From an uncultured Mordavella sp. (lineage in GTDB: Bacteria; Bacillota; Clostridia; Lachnospirales; Lachnospiraceae), in the NCBI GenBank assembly GCA_964529215.1, contig CAZGVY010000002.1:1-43183 (forward strand): a DNA stretch of 43,183 nucleotides, read 5' to 3'. The position numbers and the translations under genes were made by a program. The notes under the pieces are model-generated. The model saw nothing but the letters and a program-made list of their open reading frames with translations, was not told the DNA's origin and did no database searches. Positions 1 through 9,091 of this stretch are shown in pieces (position 1 is the stretch's first letter; every line of letters begins with the position of its first letter).

Positions 1-24
1 CTTTTCCAAGAAAATCTTTTTCAT
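1..24 (-). CDS. 5' end of a gene running off the left edge (MKKIFLEK...), product unknown
   Basis: ATG at 24 on the minus strand preceded by GAGG-type RBS; only 8 codons visible. Confidence 0.4.
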
Positions 25-139
25 TTTCCTCTTGACATATCACCAAATTGCTTTCTTGATCCTGAATGCTCATTTTTCTCCGTATATTAAGAAAATGCTT
101 CTTTATCTATACGGCTTAGCTGCAAAAATATCCATAAAT

Positions 140-177
140 AAAAAAGACGTTCTTCTCCTCTCTGGAAAAACGTCCTT
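140..177 (-). terminator. Rho-independent terminator of the ECF operon
   Basis: minus strand GACGTT...AACGTC stem followed by T-tract, just downstream of ecfT. Confidence 0.6.
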
Positions 178-254
178 GTTTCATCTGAATGATAAGGATA
201 CTCTCATTTGGGGCCAGGAAAGCATACCTTTCTTTCATATTTTTCAGCTTTTCT

Positions 255-1067
255 TCAATGCATCCGGTACGCTGCTATTCTGACAGCAATACCACAGGCA
301 AATATAAATATAATACAAAAATAAGCAATTCTATCATGACTGGAATAGATAAGCGGATTCAGCTTGCTTGTTTCCCTATCCCCGGTATATCCTCTTGCTT
401 CCATAGCCATTGCCAGATCGGAAGCTCTCCTGACCGCAGATAGAAACAGCGGAAGCAGAAGAGTCATTACACCACGGCATTTCTGCAGAATATTACCTTC
501 TTCAAATCTAGCGCCTCTTGCTGCCTGTGCATCCATCAATGTGTTTAATTCTTCAATAATGATCGGTATAAAACGAAAAGCAATCATAACAATCATAGCC
601 ATATCATGGATCGGTATATGGATCTTTTCCAGAAATGAAAATGACTTTTCCAATCCATCTGCCATTGCTTTCGGAGTTGTTGTATACGATAAAAGGGAAG
701 CGCCTGCAATCATCAATGCGATCCTTGAGGTCATCTGCACTGCCTTATATATTCCTTCCTGCGTGATGGACAAAACATGGTATTGCCAGACAACATTCCC
801 TGGAGTACACAACATCCTGAAAAGAAATGTAAAAACCAGTAATACCATAATTCCTTTTACACCTTTTAATACATAAGAAAAAGGAACTTTTGCACAATGA
901 TATGCCACAAGCAGAAGCACAAAGCAGAAAAGATACCACCATGGGTTTTGTACCACAAACAATATTACAATATACATGAAGATACCAAAAAGCTTTGTCC
1001 TTGGATCCAGATTATGAATTACAGATTCACTGGCATAATACTGCCCAATTGTAATGTCCCGGATCAT
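255..1067 (-). CDS. ecfT: ECF transporter transmembrane T component
   Basis: N-terminal ITIGQY..S.IH.LDPRTKL, ARG motifs (AQAARGA, AMEARGY), hydrophobic; adjacent to two ECF ATPases. Confidence 0.95.
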   Translation of the reverse strand: MIRDITIGQYYASESVIHNLDPRTKLFGIFMYIVILFVVQNPWWYLFCFVLLLVAYHCAKVPFSYVLKGVKGIMVLLVFTFLFRMLCTPGNVVWQYHVLSITQEGIYKAVQMTSRIALMIAGASLLSYTTTPKAMADGLEKSFSFLEKIHIPIHDMAMIVMIAFRFIPIIIEELNTLMDAQAARGARFEEGNILQKCRGVMTLLLPLFLSAVRRASDLAMAMEARGYTGDRETSKLNPLIYSSHDRIAYFCIIFIFACGIAVRIAAYRMH

Positions 1068-1936
1068 CTTTTCTCCCCCTTCCCAAACATCTGTAAAATC
1101 ATATGTTCAGCGTCGTCTACCGAGACCGCGTTTCTTTCTAACGGCAGCCCGCACTCTATCATCTTTTCCGTTACACTGGTAATCTGAGGAATCCCGATGC
1201 CTAACTCTTTCATGCGCTTTGTCTGCGAAAAAACCTCTTCCGGCTCCCCTTGTAAAGCCAGTCTTCCCTCATGCAGAACCCATACCTGATTGGCATATTG
1301 AGCAACATCTTCCATATGGTGGGATACCAGGACAACCGCCAGATTGCGTTCCTGCTGGATCGTACGGATCAGGTCAAACACCTTCCTCTTTGTATACGGA
1401 TCTAATCCGGCAGCCGGCTCATCCAGGATCAAAACCGACGGATTCATCGCCAGAACGCCGGCAATAGCAACGCTGCGCTTCTGTCCTCCCGACAGCTCCA
1501 GCGGATTTACATAAAAATACGAATCATCCACACCGACCTGCCGGAGGCTTTCCTTTGCCGAGATTTCTGCTTCTTCTTTTGTCATTCCAAGGTTACATGG
1601 TCCATACATTACATCCTTCAGAACCGTTTTCTCAAAAAGCTGCTGCTCAGGATATTGAAATACCAGGCCAACTCCTTTTCTAAGCTTTGACAACGGATAT
1701 TTCCTGTCATATACATTTTCACCGTTAAAATATAGTTCTCCGGAGACTGCACGCAGCAATCCATTCATATGCTTGACAAGTGTAGTTTTTCCGGAACCGG
1801 AGGTTCCAATCAATCCGATAAAATCGCCCCCCATTATCTCAAAAGAAATATTTTTTAATACCTCTTTCTCATTTGCCGTTCCTACGCCATATGTAAAGCA
1901 AATCCGTTCTCCTTTTAACATAATTCTTTTCCTCAC
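1064..1936 (-). CDS. ecfA2: ECF transporter ATPase A'
   Basis: Walker A GTSGSGKT, VFQYPEQQLF, LSGGQKR, LDEP; 4-bp overlaps with neighbours. Confidence 0.93.
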   Translation of the reverse strand: MRKRIMLKGERICFTYGVGTANEKEVLKNISFEIMGGDFIGLIGTSGSGKTTLVKHMNGLLRAVSGELYFNGENVYDRKYPLSKLRKGVGLVFQYPEQQLFEKTVLKDVMYGPCNLGMTKEEAEISAKESLRQVGVDDSYFYVNPLELSGGQKRSVAIAGVLAMNPSVLILDEPAAGLDPYTKRKVFDLIRTIQQERNLAVVLVSHHMEDVAQYANQVWVLHEGRLALQGEPEEVFSQTKRMKELGIGIPQITSVTEKMIECGLPLERNAVSVDDAEHMILQMFGKGEKR

Positions 1937-2802
1937 CTGCCGTTTACTGAATCATACAGATTCTTTATCTGCCATACAAAATCTTCTTCGTTTAATATCG
2001 GAAGTTCCAGAGCCACCCCCTTTTCCGTCAGTCTATACGCCAATTCCGTAACCTGTGGTACGTCCAGCTTTAATTCTTTCAATAGATCTATCTTGCGAAA
2101 AATCTCTTTGGGCGAACCGCACCTGACAACATGTCCTTCTTTCATCAAATATATTTTGTCTGCCATGACTGCTTCATCCATATGATGTGTAATCAAAATA
2201 ACGGTAAGTCCCTGTTCCCTATTCAGCTCATGGACAATTTTCATTACCTCAGTCCTTGATTTCGGATCCAGCATTGCCGTTGGTTCGTCCAGCACAAGGC
2301 ACTTGGGTGTACAGGCTAAAACACCTGCAATCGCTACCCGCTGCTTCTGCCCTCCGGACAGCCTGGACGGAGATATCTTTCTTTTGCTTTGTAAATTGAC
2401 AGCACTCAGGCTTTTTGATACACGTACGCGGATCTCTTCACAGGGCATATTACGGTTCTCCGGGCCAAATGCAACGTCTTCCTCTACACTGGTTCCAATG
2501 ATCTGATTATCCGGATTTTGAAATACCATACCCACTTCAGAACGGATATCCCATAACTTTTCCCTGTCTTTTGTGTCCTTTCCGTCAATCCACACTGTAC
2601 CTTCATCCGGAAGCAGCAGAACGTTCAGATGCTTGGCAAGCGTTGATTTCCCCGATCCATTTGCTCCTAAAACAGCTACAAACTGACCAGACGGAATATC
2701 AAATGATATTCCGTCCAACACAGTTTTTTTACTTTCTTTATTCTCGTTTTCCCATATCGTATACCGATGTACCAGATCTTTTATTTTAATCATACTACTC
2801 AT
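1933..2802 (-). CDS. ecfA1: ECF transporter ATPase A
   Basis: Walker A GANGSGKS, VFQNPDNQII, LSGGQKQR, LDEPTAMLDP. Confidence 0.93.
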   Translation of the reverse strand: MSSMIKIKDLVHRYTIWENENKESKKTVLDGISFDIPSGQFVAVLGANGSGKSTLAKHLNVLLLPDEGTVWIDGKDTKDREKLWDIRSEVGMVFQNPDNQIIGTSVEEDVAFGPENRNMPCEEIRVRVSKSLSAVNLQSKRKISPSRLSGGQKQRVAIAGVLACTPKCLVLDEPTAMLDPKSRTEVMKIVHELNREQGLTVILITHHMDEAVMADKIYLMKEGHVVRCGSPKEIFRKIDLLKELKLDVPQVTELAYRLTEKGVALELPILNEEDFVWQIKNLYDSVNGR

Positions 2803-3359
2803 TTTTCCTTTTGAAAATTAGCAAGAAACTTTTTCGGCATAGCCTTAATAAGAAGACATCCTATCACACAAGTCCCCACCTTATCAATCAGATTAGAACC
2901 CACATTCCTTAAAAAGGATGCCTGGAAAATCGTCTTTCCTCCTTCTACCAGCGACATAACCAATACGTCTGAAAACGAACCGTTCAAGCCGCCATATACA
3001 TAAATCCCGATTGGAGTACCGATCGCCGGGCAGATAAAGCTAAGTGCAAGACCTGTAATAACTGCAGGAACTATACCAAATTTGGTTTTTTTAGCAACAA
3101 GACCTACAATAAGACCTACCGCCATATTAACCAGGCAGAATGGAATATCAGATACGCTGTATATCAAACCAGTGATAATATTACTCAGTGCTCCGACGAT
3201 AATACCCGGAACCGGTCCGAGAATTGCAGCAGATAAAACCGTCCCTAATGTGTCAAGGTATAATGGAATCCCTAATGCAGAAGTAAGGATTCCCAATACA
3301 ATATTCATGGCTACTGCCACCCCGCAAAATGCTGTTACATAAACTTTTCTGTTTTTCAT
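2799..3359 (-). CDS. ECF transporter substrate-binding S component, substrate unknown
   Basis: 186 aa, highly hydrophobic, PLYLDTLGT and NLIDK motifs; co-transcribed with ecfAA'T. Confidence 0.85.
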   Translation of the reverse strand: MKNRKVYVTAFCGVAVAMNIVLGILTSALGIPLYLDTLGTVLSAAILGPVPGIIVGALSNIITGLIYSVSDIPFCLVNMAVGLIVGLVAKKTKFGIVPAVITGLALSFICPAIGTPIGIYVYGGLNGSFSDVLVMSLVEGGKTIFQASFLRNVGSNLIDKVGTCVIGCLLIKAMPKKFLANFQKEK

Positions 3360-3379
3360 TTCTCTGTCCTTTCTGATAA

Positions 3380-3922
3380 CTATATTATTTTTAGTTTTTC
3401 AATGGCCTCCTCCATTGTCAAAATAGGAATAAAAAGCCTCCGTTCCACTAATTGCCTCTGCAGCATCTCCATAAACACGCCTGGTTTTTTTTCCATTTTC
3501 AGCGTATTCTGCATCTGTGAAATATTCTCCGGATCTGTCCCGATTTCTCCTTTCCACTCCCCACTGCAGGTACAATAATAACCGCAGCTCGGGCTTCCCT
3601 CTACAGAAACGATTCCCAGTACAGAAAAAAGCTCCGGATGCCGGACATATTCTCCTAATTGCATTAAAAACGGTTCCAGCATATCCTTAGAGGCTTTCTG
3701 AAAAAATGGATGTTCAAACTGCTCCCTTACATGCCCCCACCGCTGTGAACCATATAGGATAAATTCAGGACATGGCAACTGTAATAATTGTATCTTTTTC
3801 TGCAGACACAGCTGCAGCAGCCTGTCCCTTTCCTTATACTCTTCTATAAGCCCGCTTTCATCCTGTAATACCTTTGATGCAGAATTTAATATACAATGAG
3901 ATACTATTAAAAGTGATTTCAA
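3380..3922 (-). CDS. TudS/DUF523-related putative [4Fe-4S] thio-nucleobase desulfidase
   Basis: SHCILN, LPCPE and GSPSCG cysteine motifs of the TudS/DUF523 family; TTG start with GGGAGG RBS. Confidence 0.75.
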   Translation of the reverse strand: MKSLLIVSHCILNSASKVLQDESGLIEEYKERDRLLQLCLQKKIQLLQLPCPEFILYGSQRWGHVREQFEHPFFQKASKDMLEPFLMQLGEYVRHPELFSVLGIVSVEGSPSCGYYCTCSGEWKGEIGTDPENISQMQNTLKMEKKPGVFMEMLQRQLVERRLFIPILTMEEAIEKLKII

Positions 3923-3946
3923 GCTTCTTCCTCCCTTTCCCGTTAA

Positions 3947-3975
3947 AGTATACTATTTTTAAATATGCATGTGAA
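3947..3975 (-). promoter_or_regulatory. sigma-A-type promoter of the TudS-like/ECF operon
   Basis: TTCACA-N17-TATACT on the minus strand, ~25 nt upstream of the start codon. Confidence 0.6.
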
Positions 3976-4148
3976 ATTGATATTAATAATATATAGATAG
4001 ATTTATTCAAGTCATCTATATGAATACGCCGTTTACCGGATGCCCTGTGAATTGGTATCATATCATCTGGCCGTCCAGCGGCCTGGCAGAATGACATTGG
4101 TTCACAACGCAGGTAGAAAGACAGCGGAATGTGCTTAACGCAACCCGT

Positions 4149-4174
4149 CAAAACATAACTGCAAAACATAACTG
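4149..4174 (+). repeat. 13-bp tandem duplication (CAAAACATAACTG x2)
   Basis: exact repeat seen directly. Confidence 0.8.
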
Positions 4175-4240
4175 CTTTGAATCACAACTTGTAACTGCCT
4201 TTATCTTATGCTAAAATAAAAAATGAGGAGATGAAGTGGT

Positions 4241-5287
4241 ATGAGTAACCCCAATATTACACTTTTATATAATTATGTAAAGGATATCCGCAATGGCCTG
4301 GATATCCCTCCACTCGACACGGAAACGCTTGATGCATCTTATCACGATCTTGGACGCGAGCTTACACATCTTCACCATACCGTCCATGAACTGAATACAT
4401 ATAAGCAAAAGAAACAGCAGCTCGAAGAAGAACTTAAAAAATTAAAAAGCCGTTCTGAGATGATAGAGGGATATAACGAGCTTCTGGTAGCCATGCTCAG
4501 CAAACGTGACGAATGGCTTTTGGTGGTTGATACGGAAACCAGGGAAATCCTATACTGCAACAAAAGGAAGCAGCTGCACAATACTGACAACAGTTTCTGC
4601 AGCACCTGCAAAAACCGTCTTACCTTCCATCCTGAACTTCTGAAATGGTCTGGCGAAGAACAGTACTCTGTCTGGGAAATGGATGGCACCGACGATACAC
4701 ATTACCGCATCACCTCATTTCCGATTGAATTAAAGTCACGTTCCTCTTACGTACATATTATTGTTGACATCACCGAAGAAAAGCGGACGGCTCACAGCCT
4801 CACCGACAAAGCTTACAACGATCCCGGAACCGGCATTAAGAACCGCCTGTTTTTTGAAGAGTACATGGAGATCATCTTACGTGATAAGAAGCCGGTTACA
4901 CTCTGCTATCTGGATCTGGACGGCCTTAAGTATGTAAATGACAGATATGGGCATCTGGAAGGCGATATATACATCCAGAATTTTGTTGAAACGATCCGGA
5001 AAGACTTCCGGAACGGAGACACTTTTGCCAGGATCGGCGGAGATGAATTCTGTCTGATCCTAAGCGGCAATATGAAAGAACTGATAGATAAAAAGCTGGA
5101 GGAAATCCTGAAAGAATTTCAGGAAAGCGATCTGAGCGAGTACCAATGCAGCTTCAGTTATGGCGTTGTAGACGTTCAGGGTGCTGAAAATAAGCTGTCC
5201 CTGGACGAGATCCTTCAGGAAGCAGACGAGCTTATGTACCAGTGCAAACGCAGGAACAAAGAAAAATTCCCCGCGCTGGTCAGATAA
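4241..5287 (+). CDS. Diguanylate cyclase (coiled coil + PAS-like + GGDEF)
   Basis: DLDGLKYVND.YGH.EGD, intact RIGGDEF, RxxD I-site (RNGD); GAGGAG RBS. Confidence 0.92.
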   Translation: MSNPNITLLYNYVKDIRNGLDIPPLDTETLDASYHDLGRELTHLHHTVHELNTYKQKKQQLEEELKKLKSRSEMIEGYNELLVAMLSKRDEWLLVVDTETREILYCNKRKQLHNTDNSFCSTCKNRLTFHPELLKWSGEEQYSVWEMDGTDDTHYRITSFPIELKSRSSYVHIIVDITEEKRTAHSLTDKAYNDPGTGIKNRLFFEEYMEIILRDKKPVTLCYLDLDGLKYVNDRYGHLEGDIYIQNFVETIRKDFRNGDTFARIGGDEFCLILSGNMKELIDKKLEEILKEFQESDLSEYQCSFSYGVVDVQGAENKLSLDEILQEADELMYQCKRRNKEKFPALVR

Positions 5288-5290
5288 TCT

Positions 5291-5536
5291 TCAGACCTTT
5301 GCCGTCAGTGTCTTGGCGCTGACTCCGGGCTGCATTCCCAATTTCCCGGATAATGCACTGGTTATGTTTCCCGGTGCATCGGTCACTACGCTGATGATGG
5401 AGATTCCCTTTTCCCTGTATGGGATCCCCATTCTTCCTATAATATACTGACGGTATTCATGCAGCAGCTCATTAACAGCTGCTGCTGCTTTTTCGTCTTT
5501 TATGATGATACTGATTACCGATACTCTTGTTTCCAT
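5291..5536 (-). CDS. TM1266-family ACT-fold protein (putative Fe-hydrogenase system regulator)
   Basis: METRVSVISIII...VNELLHEY..YIIGRMGIPY..KG..IIS...ALSGKLG pattern. Confidence 0.85.
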   Translation of the reverse strand: METRVSVISIIIKDEKAAAAVNELLHEYRQYIIGRMGIPYREKGISIISVVTDAPGNITSALSGKLGMQPGVSAKTLTAKV

Positions 5537-5566
5537 TCCAAATCCTGCCCTTCTTTTCCTTCTGTT

Positions 5567-6424
5567 CTATATGCTCCTGTCCGGCAGAAGCATACTTAGA
5601 TTTCTCTCAAATTCGGTGCCGCCGGTGTTCTCTGCGCCTTCCTTCACAGAATCCTGCATAGATTTCCAGGTAAATCTTCCCGCAAGCCGGCACAGGTCTT
5701 CGATCCTGTCTCCTCTGGCCATACCTCCTGCAATGACTGAAGCGAACAAATCTCCGGTTCCGGAAAAACTTTTCCCAATATACGGAAACGCAGCCATACT
5801 GCTGCCTCCGTCTCCGACGATCAGATTACCGATCTTCTCTCCCTCATGATCCCGGAAATGGATTCCCGTAACAATAACGGTACGGGAGCCTTTTTCCTGG
5901 ATCCTGACTGCCATTTCCCGGATGATCTCCCTCTTTTCCTGGCCCGTATACTCACAGACAGCATCATATTCTTCATCTGCAAGCAGGCACAGTTCGGTCA
6001 GATTTGGTGTTATCACATCTGCCATTGCGGCCAGCATCTTCATCTTCTGCAAAAGCCCATCTGTATACAGATCATACTTCTTCCCGTCATCCCCCATAAC
6101 CGGATCCACCAGAAGAAAGGTATCTTCATGCCGGAACGTCTCTATAAATTTAAAAATATGTTCGATCTGAGCCTCACTGGCAGCAAAGCCTGTATAGATC
6201 CCGTCAAACCTGGCGGAAAGTTTCTCCCATTCCAAACGGAATGCTTCCATCTTATCTGTATAATCATCCAGATAATAGCTGGGATATCCTGTCTGAGCGC
6301 TTAAAACAGCCGTTGGAAGCGGGCAGGGCTGTACTCCCATCACCGATATGACCGGAATCGCCGCAGTCAGCGAGCATCTGCCAAATCCAGACAGGTCGTT
6401 AATTACTGCTATTTTCTTCGCCAT
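5567..6424 (-). CDS. pdxK: Pyridoxal/pyridoxamine kinase
   Basis: INDLSGFGRCSL, VDPVMGD, ITPNLTE, GTGD ribokinase-superfamily motifs. Confidence 0.88.
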   Translation of the reverse strand: MAKKIAVINDLSGFGRCSLTAAIPVISVMGVQPCPLPTAVLSAQTGYPSYYLDDYTDKMEAFRLEWEKLSARFDGIYTGFAASEAQIEHIFKFIETFRHEDTFLLVDPVMGDDGKKYDLYTDGLLQKMKMLAAMADVITPNLTELCLLADEEYDAVCEYTGQEKREIIREMAVRIQEKGSRTVIVTGIHFRDHEGEKIGNLIVGDGGSSMAAFPYIGKSFSGTGDLFASVIAGGMARGDRIEDLCRLAGRFTWKSMQDSVKEGAENTGGTEFERNLSMLLPDRSI

Positions 6425-6437
6425 ATATTCCTCCTCA

Positions 6438-7400
6438 TCACAATTCTTTTTCCTCTTTCTTATGCATGTTCAGTATAAAACCTGTAGAAAGCACCAGCAG
6501 AAATCCTGCCATATCGATCAGGCCGAATGCCGTGTCTAAAAATATCCCTGCAAGGACGGCTGCCGTTACCGGCTCCACGCTGGTCATAAGCCCCGTGTAC
6601 ACTGCTCCGATCCTTGTAAGCGCAGCCAGATAGAAGCAAAAAGGAAGAATCGTTCCCAACAGCACTATGGCAAGAAATGCGGCCGCCACTTCCCAGTCTG
6701 TATCTACCGTCATCTGCCAGGGTCTTCTTACCGCGGCCAGAGCAGCCCCGCCTATGAGCATTGCCCAGGCGCAGACCACCTCTGAGGAATATTTTTTCAG
6801 AAGCGGGATCGGCAGCACTGCATAAAAGCAGGTAGTAAGCGCCGTCAGAAGCCCCAGCCCAATCCCCTCCGCGGATATATGCAGGCTATCCAGCCTTCCG
6901 TGGGTTGCGATCAGGAATATCCCGGACACCGCGCAGAACACCGCCGCAAGCTCCCGTTTCCCCGGCAGTTTTCTTTTACGCACCGCATAATAGATGATCA
7001 GTATCGCCGGGTTTAAATACTGGAAAAAGGTTGCTGTTCCCGCATCTGTCGCCTGGACTGCCGCAAAAAAGGAATATTGCATCCCCATCATGCCCACAAC
7101 GCCGAACAGCGCCAGTCTTGCCGCATCCCCCTTCTCCCTCCATACTCTGAAAATCCCCTTTCTGCGCACTGCCGCATAGACAAGCAATATGCTTCCCGAA
7201 GCCAGAAGCCTGTAGGGTGTAAGCCAGGAACAGTCCACTCCCTTCTGGTCAAACAAATACTGTGCAACCGGACTGGAGGCTCCCCACAGGATCCCGGTCC
7301 AGACAGCCAGTATAAATCCTGTCTCCGAATCTCTTTTCTTTACCTGCATCGCTCTATCTGTACTCCATTTCTTCCGGGCATCCCGGAAAATACTATTCAT
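6438..7400 (-). CDS. DMT/EamA family transporter (true start may be 7349)
   Basis: 10-TM pattern with two EamA repeats (LWGAS, QYLNP, SVEPV). Confidence 0.88.
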   Translation of the reverse strand: MNSIFRDARKKWSTDRAMQVKKRDSETGFILAVWTGILWGASSPVAQYLFDQKGVDCSWLTPYRLLASGSILLVYAAVRRKGIFRVWREKGDAARLALFGVVGMMGMQYSFFAAVQATDAGTATFFQYLNPAILIIYYAVRKRKLPGKRELAAVFCAVSGIFLIATHGRLDSLHISAEGIGLGLLTALTTCFYAVLPIPLLKKYSSEVVCAWAMLIGGAALAAVRRPWQMTVDTDWEVAAAFLAIVLLGTILPFCFYLAALTRIGAVYTGLMTSVEPVTAAVLAGIFLDTAFGLIDMAGFLLVLSTGFILNMHKKEEKEL

Positions 7401-7482
7401 AGTTCAGTTTCTTTTTCCACACATTTGTCTTTACATAGATCATTCCCAGCGGTTGCTTCATCAGTCTGTATCTCTCCTTCTC

Positions 7483-7511
7483 AAAAGACTCCGGCATCCC
7501 TGCCGGAGTCT
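7483..7511 (-). terminator. Terminator after the alarmone synthetase gene
   Basis: AGACTCCGGCA-GGGA-TGCCGGAGTCT perfect stem followed by TTT on the minus strand. Confidence 0.75.
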
Positions 7512-7589
7512 TATTCATTACCCTGTTTTAATAATACTTTCCCTGGACAAGGGATCACAGGCCACCATGTGCGGAAAGTAAAGATACCC

Positions 7590-8330
7590 TCAGGCGCTCT
7601 GAGTCCGGGGATGTAATGATTTCTGCGTTTCTTCAGCATCATCCATCCGCTTCTCCTCCATATGGCGTTCCTGCTTTTCCAACGCATGCATCTCTTTATC
7701 TTCCAGGCAGGATAAGATCGCCTCATTCAGCTGCAGCATCTTATCATCCAGAGTCGCCACCATATCCGCACATTCTCTCAGATCCCTGCTGATATATTCC
7801 GGCGCATTGCCTTCGTATTTATAATAGATCTTATGCTCCAGGCTCGCCCAGAAATCCATCGCAATGGTCCGTATCTGGATCTCTATCTTTGTGTCCACCA
7901 CGCTATCTGACAAAAAGATCGGAACCGATACGATCATATGATAGCTTTTATAGCCGCTGGCCTTGGGATTCTTGATATAATCCTTAATGGAAAGGACCTT
8001 CAGATCTGACTGATTCCCAATCATCTCAGCTAATTTATAAATATCCGATGTAAATGAACAGATCAGCCGGACTCCGGCGATGTCATTTACATATTTGACC
8101 ATATTTTCAATTGAAGTTTCTTTCCCATTTCTTTTTAATTTTTTAACAATACTTTCCGGCGACTTGATCCTCGTCTTAATGTGCTCGATCGGGTTATATT
8201 TATGCACATGCTGAAACTCGTCGTTCAATATCTCAAGCTTTGTACTGACTTCCTTAAGGGCTGACGTATAGAGAAACATCACGGTCTTCCAACTATCCAC
8301 GTCTTCGTAATTGCGAATTGCCAGTTCCAT
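7590..8330 (-). CDS. Small alarmone synthetase (RelP/RelQ-like GTP pyrophosphokinase)
   Basis: RIKSPESI..KL, DIAGVR, GYKSYH, EIQIRT..MDFWASLEH; start moved to ATG 8330 (GAGGGAG RBS), TGcTATAAT lies at ~8390. Confidence 0.92.
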   Translation of the reverse strand: MELAIRNYEDVDSWKTVMFLYTSALKEVSTKLEILNDEFQHVHKYNPIEHIKTRIKSPESIVKKLKRNGKETSIENMVKYVNDIAGVRLICSFTSDIYKLAEMIGNQSDLKVLSIKDYIKNPKASGYKSYHMIVSVPIFLSDSVVDTKIEIQIRTIAMDFWASLEHKIYYKYEGNAPEYISRDLRECADMVATLDDKMLQLNEAILSCLEDKEMHALEKQERHMEEKRMDDAEETQKSLHPRTQSA

Positions 8331-8448
8331 ACTCTCCCTCTCCTCCTTCGCTTCCCATTCTGAAGCTTTCATGTATTTATATACGTACATTATAGCACAT
8401 TGCGAGAGCAAAGTCATAGATTTCACAATATTTTAAGAGTTTTAAGAG

Positions 8449-8973
8449 TTAAAATTCAATTCCCTCCCTGGCTCCTTTTCCCAGATCGAAGGGATGTTTC
8501 ACTTTTGTCATCTCAGTCACATAATCCGCCGCCTCAAACAGTGCGTCGCTCACATGGTGCCCTGTCATTATGACTTCAAGCCCCTTTGGCTTATGCCTGA
8601 TAAAATGCACCAGCTTTTCCTCACTCAGAAGTCCCAGTTCTGCCGCGCATACTGCCTCATCTAAGATCAGCACGTCAAAATTAATACAGAATTTCGCGAT
8701 CTCGTCCAGCGCCTTTGTATTATAATGCCGGTACTCCGCCTTTTCCTCCGGATTCATCTGATTAAAAAACTTTACGTGTTCTTTCCCTGGAAGCAGTGTA
8801 ATATTGGGGACTTCCTCCAATATCTTCCTTTCGTTAGAAGTATTGTCCTTCATAAACTGAAAAAACAATACCGCCAGCCCGCTTCCGGCGGCACGGACCG
8901 CCTGTCCCACAGCCGCTGTTGTCTTTCCCTTGCCATCGCCATAATATATATGCACTAACCCAGTCTCTGTCAT
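8449..8973 (-). CDS. cobO: Cob(I)alamin/cob(I)yrinic acid a,c-diamide adenosyltransferase
   Basis: GLVHIYYGDGKGKTTAA, ILDEA, ADYVTEM..VKHPF..G..AREGIEF. Confidence 0.92.
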   Translation of the reverse strand: MTETGLVHIYYGDGKGKTTAAVGQAVRAAGSGLAVLFFQFMKDNTSNERKILEEVPNITLLPGKEHVKFFNQMNPEEKAEYRHYNTKALDEIAKFCINFDVLILDEAVCAAELGLLSEEKLVHFIRHKPKGLEVIMTGHHVSDALFEAADYVTEMTKVKHPFDLGKGAREGIEF

Positions 8974-9043
8974 GATGATTCCCCTTCTTTCTTTATCTAT
9001 ATTGCCTTTTTGTCCGTTTTTATGCCGTCAGTGATCTGCCAGC

Positions 9044-9074
9044 TAAAAAAGGAGCATTTCTGTCAGATAAATGC
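9044..9074 (-). terminator. Probable terminator after niaY-like gene
   Basis: GCATTT...AAATGC stem followed by a T-tract on the minus strand. Confidence 0.45.
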
Positions 9075-9091
9075 AGCAGGGGATTTCTGTC

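Noticed and set aside
3923-4240. Riboswitch upstream of the ECF operon
   Set aside because: The promoter lies ~25 nt from the start codon, leaving no room for a leader; no known aptamer consensus recognised
8431-8452. TTTAAGAGT x2 upstream of the alarmone synthetase as a regulator site
   Set aside because: 9-bp period in AT-rich sequence overlapping the cobO stop; insufficient support
8974-9091. Cobalamin riboswitch upstream of cobO
   Set aside because: Short region with no B12-box; only a terminator-like stem
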